Origin: Eukaryota sp. GEM-RC1
Taxonomy: Eukaryota
Direction: 5' to 3'
DNA: 64,000 nt
Assembly (NCBI GenBank): GCA_040285855.1
Contig: JAUFOQ010000002.1
Location: forward strand, 1,736,001 to 1,800,000
Part shown: positions 62,391 to 64,000 of the stretch, one piece after another
Numbering within the stretch: position 1 is the first letter of the stretch
How the letters are laid out: every line of letters starts with the position of its first letter
Position numbers and translations under genes: made by a program
The notes under the pieces: generated by a model
The model's input: only the letters and a program-made list of their open reading frames with translations
The model's database searches: none
What the model was told of the DNA's origin: nothing

Positions 62391-63146
62391 ATGTCCCCTG
62401 CTATATATATCGAATTAAACCAAATCTTAACCAGAACAGATCCGAACCATAAGGTTTTGAAACCTATAACTTCAAACGCATCCATAAATACCTTGTTGAA
62501 ATCGCTTGTGGATGGCGAAGGGATCCCCCACTTTGTTGGCAGTATATCACAGTTTTTAAGTGATGATGCAATGCCTTCCATGGCTCGGTCTCTTCGAGAC
62601 AAAGGTTTTGTTCTTCTAACCAACAGAATTCTAGAAGTAGTGGATCGCTTCCGTTCCTTAAATTTCGATGGAGACAGAAGTAATGTCCTTCCGCTCGGGA
62701 ATGATATCACAGTTTCTGATCAAAGCCTTCGAATGGCTCAGCAACTTACCAATGACCCAGCCGCCATATTGCACGATCCATCGATCTAGTGATGGACTTG
62801 AGCTCTAACTTCCTAGAGCCTCTTTTCAGCTGAGTTCATCACGGACAAGTCCATGATTGAACTATTGGAAGCCGGGTTAACTTGTGACTATAGTAAAGTC
62901 AAAAGGATTATTCATCAGCCAACAGTAGATAGTTTAGCAATTGTTTTGTCTAACCGACAAAAGAGACGTCGTTTGAAGTTGCACATGATACAACAAACAC
63001 TTCAAAAAGCTGAGCAGTTATTTCAGGATTCTTTAATTAGTTGCAGATGCTTTGTACTGAACGTACAATATCGCCAGGTGGCAATTTTGGAATACGTTGT
63101 TCTACAACAATTCAATTACTACTGCTCCAGTTACAACGTACTTTGA
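62391..63146 (+). pseudogene. Fragmented hypothetical gene
   Basis: Two consecutive ORFs (62391-62789, 62853-63146) separated by stops; no recognised domain. Confidence 0.3.
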
Positions 63147-63391
63147 TACTCCATTCTCTTTACCACAGCGGTAGTTTTCTAAGATTTGTCTTTGAAGAGA
63201 TATCATAGCAAATGGCTGACTTTAAATGTTGTGAAATTCGGAGTAGTGGAAATTTCTTCCTCTACTGAATAGAACTACACGAGGAAAAGTCATTGTAAAC
63301 ATGGTTGAAATTAAAAAACTAAAATTTAAAAACGGAAACAATGACAGTATCAAAGAATATAAAAGTAAAGTCTACAATCAATCCCAGAAAA

Positions 63392-64000
63392 TCATTTTGA
63401 GAGGTTCCTTCTAATAACACCAACCATAAGATCGATAGTATCCTCCTGGTACCTCAACTTCCAAGTATAATCATTACCTGGAATGAGCGCACTATCTCCT
63501 AAGACAGTTCTGAACTCAAAGATAAACTCACCTCCAATAGAAGCAATCGTTTTTTCCTCGCTGACACGTAAAAACACGTAAAAAAATAATCTTTTCGGGT
63601 TCTAGAGAATCTAATAGAATTCCGTTTTAATTCATCAATTTGGGTTTCTAATTTAGAAATATCTGATAGTCAGCTGCATTTTTCAGTAACTAATGAAGTA
63701 ACACAAACATTCTTAAGTCTTGTAAACAGAAACTTCATTAAAAGAGTTTCCAATTCTTTAACATCGTTTAAAGGAACAAACAGAAACTCATCCCATTGTT
63801 TAAAAGAAAGAGATTCGACAGGAAAAGTACTTAAAATATTTGAAAATTGATCTCCATCAAGTGATTGATTCAAAAAGGATTTTACCAGAGATTGAATGAA
63901 CCACAACTGTGATTGAGTGGAAGTACAGTAATTCGACAGTAATTTCAATCCTTCGTCAGTGATTGCCATCACGTCATCAATCAAAAAGTCTGTAAGCTTG
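63392..64000 (-). pseudogene. Partial, degenerate gene with a SPRY/B30.2-like C-terminus
   Basis: RTVLGD...YTWKLRY...LMVGVI resembles SPRY beta-strands; helical upstream ORF 63670-63984 runs off the window. Confidence 0.4.

Overview
AT-rich, gene-dense, intron-poor eukaryotic (protist-like) DNA using the standard genetic code. Many genes are split by single-base indels in homopolymer runs, most likely long-read assembly errors. Tightly packed, intronless housekeeping blocks hold Pol epsilon catalytic subunit, pantothenate kinase, SNF1/AMPK-alpha, a TPR protein, BUD20, a HAD hydrolase, RPF2 head-to-head with a TFIIIA-like protein, TYW1 and exportin-7. These alternate with accessory tracts of transposon debris (pogo/Tc1 MITE, nested hAT elements with TSDs, CRE-like non-LTR fragments, a two-ORF DD34E element) and tandem secreted-protein families carrying 26-32 nt GTATG...AG introns. 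The top lead is a broken minus-strand locus at ~46.3-48.1 kb. It has RuvC-I/II/III-like motifs in Fanzor/TnpB order, a candidate tiny intron, and three consecutive stem-loops right after the ORF (candidate omegaRNA). Next to it is a RING-kinase-PBZx3-(ART-like) fusion gene. All calls come from motif recognition by eye; no searches were run.
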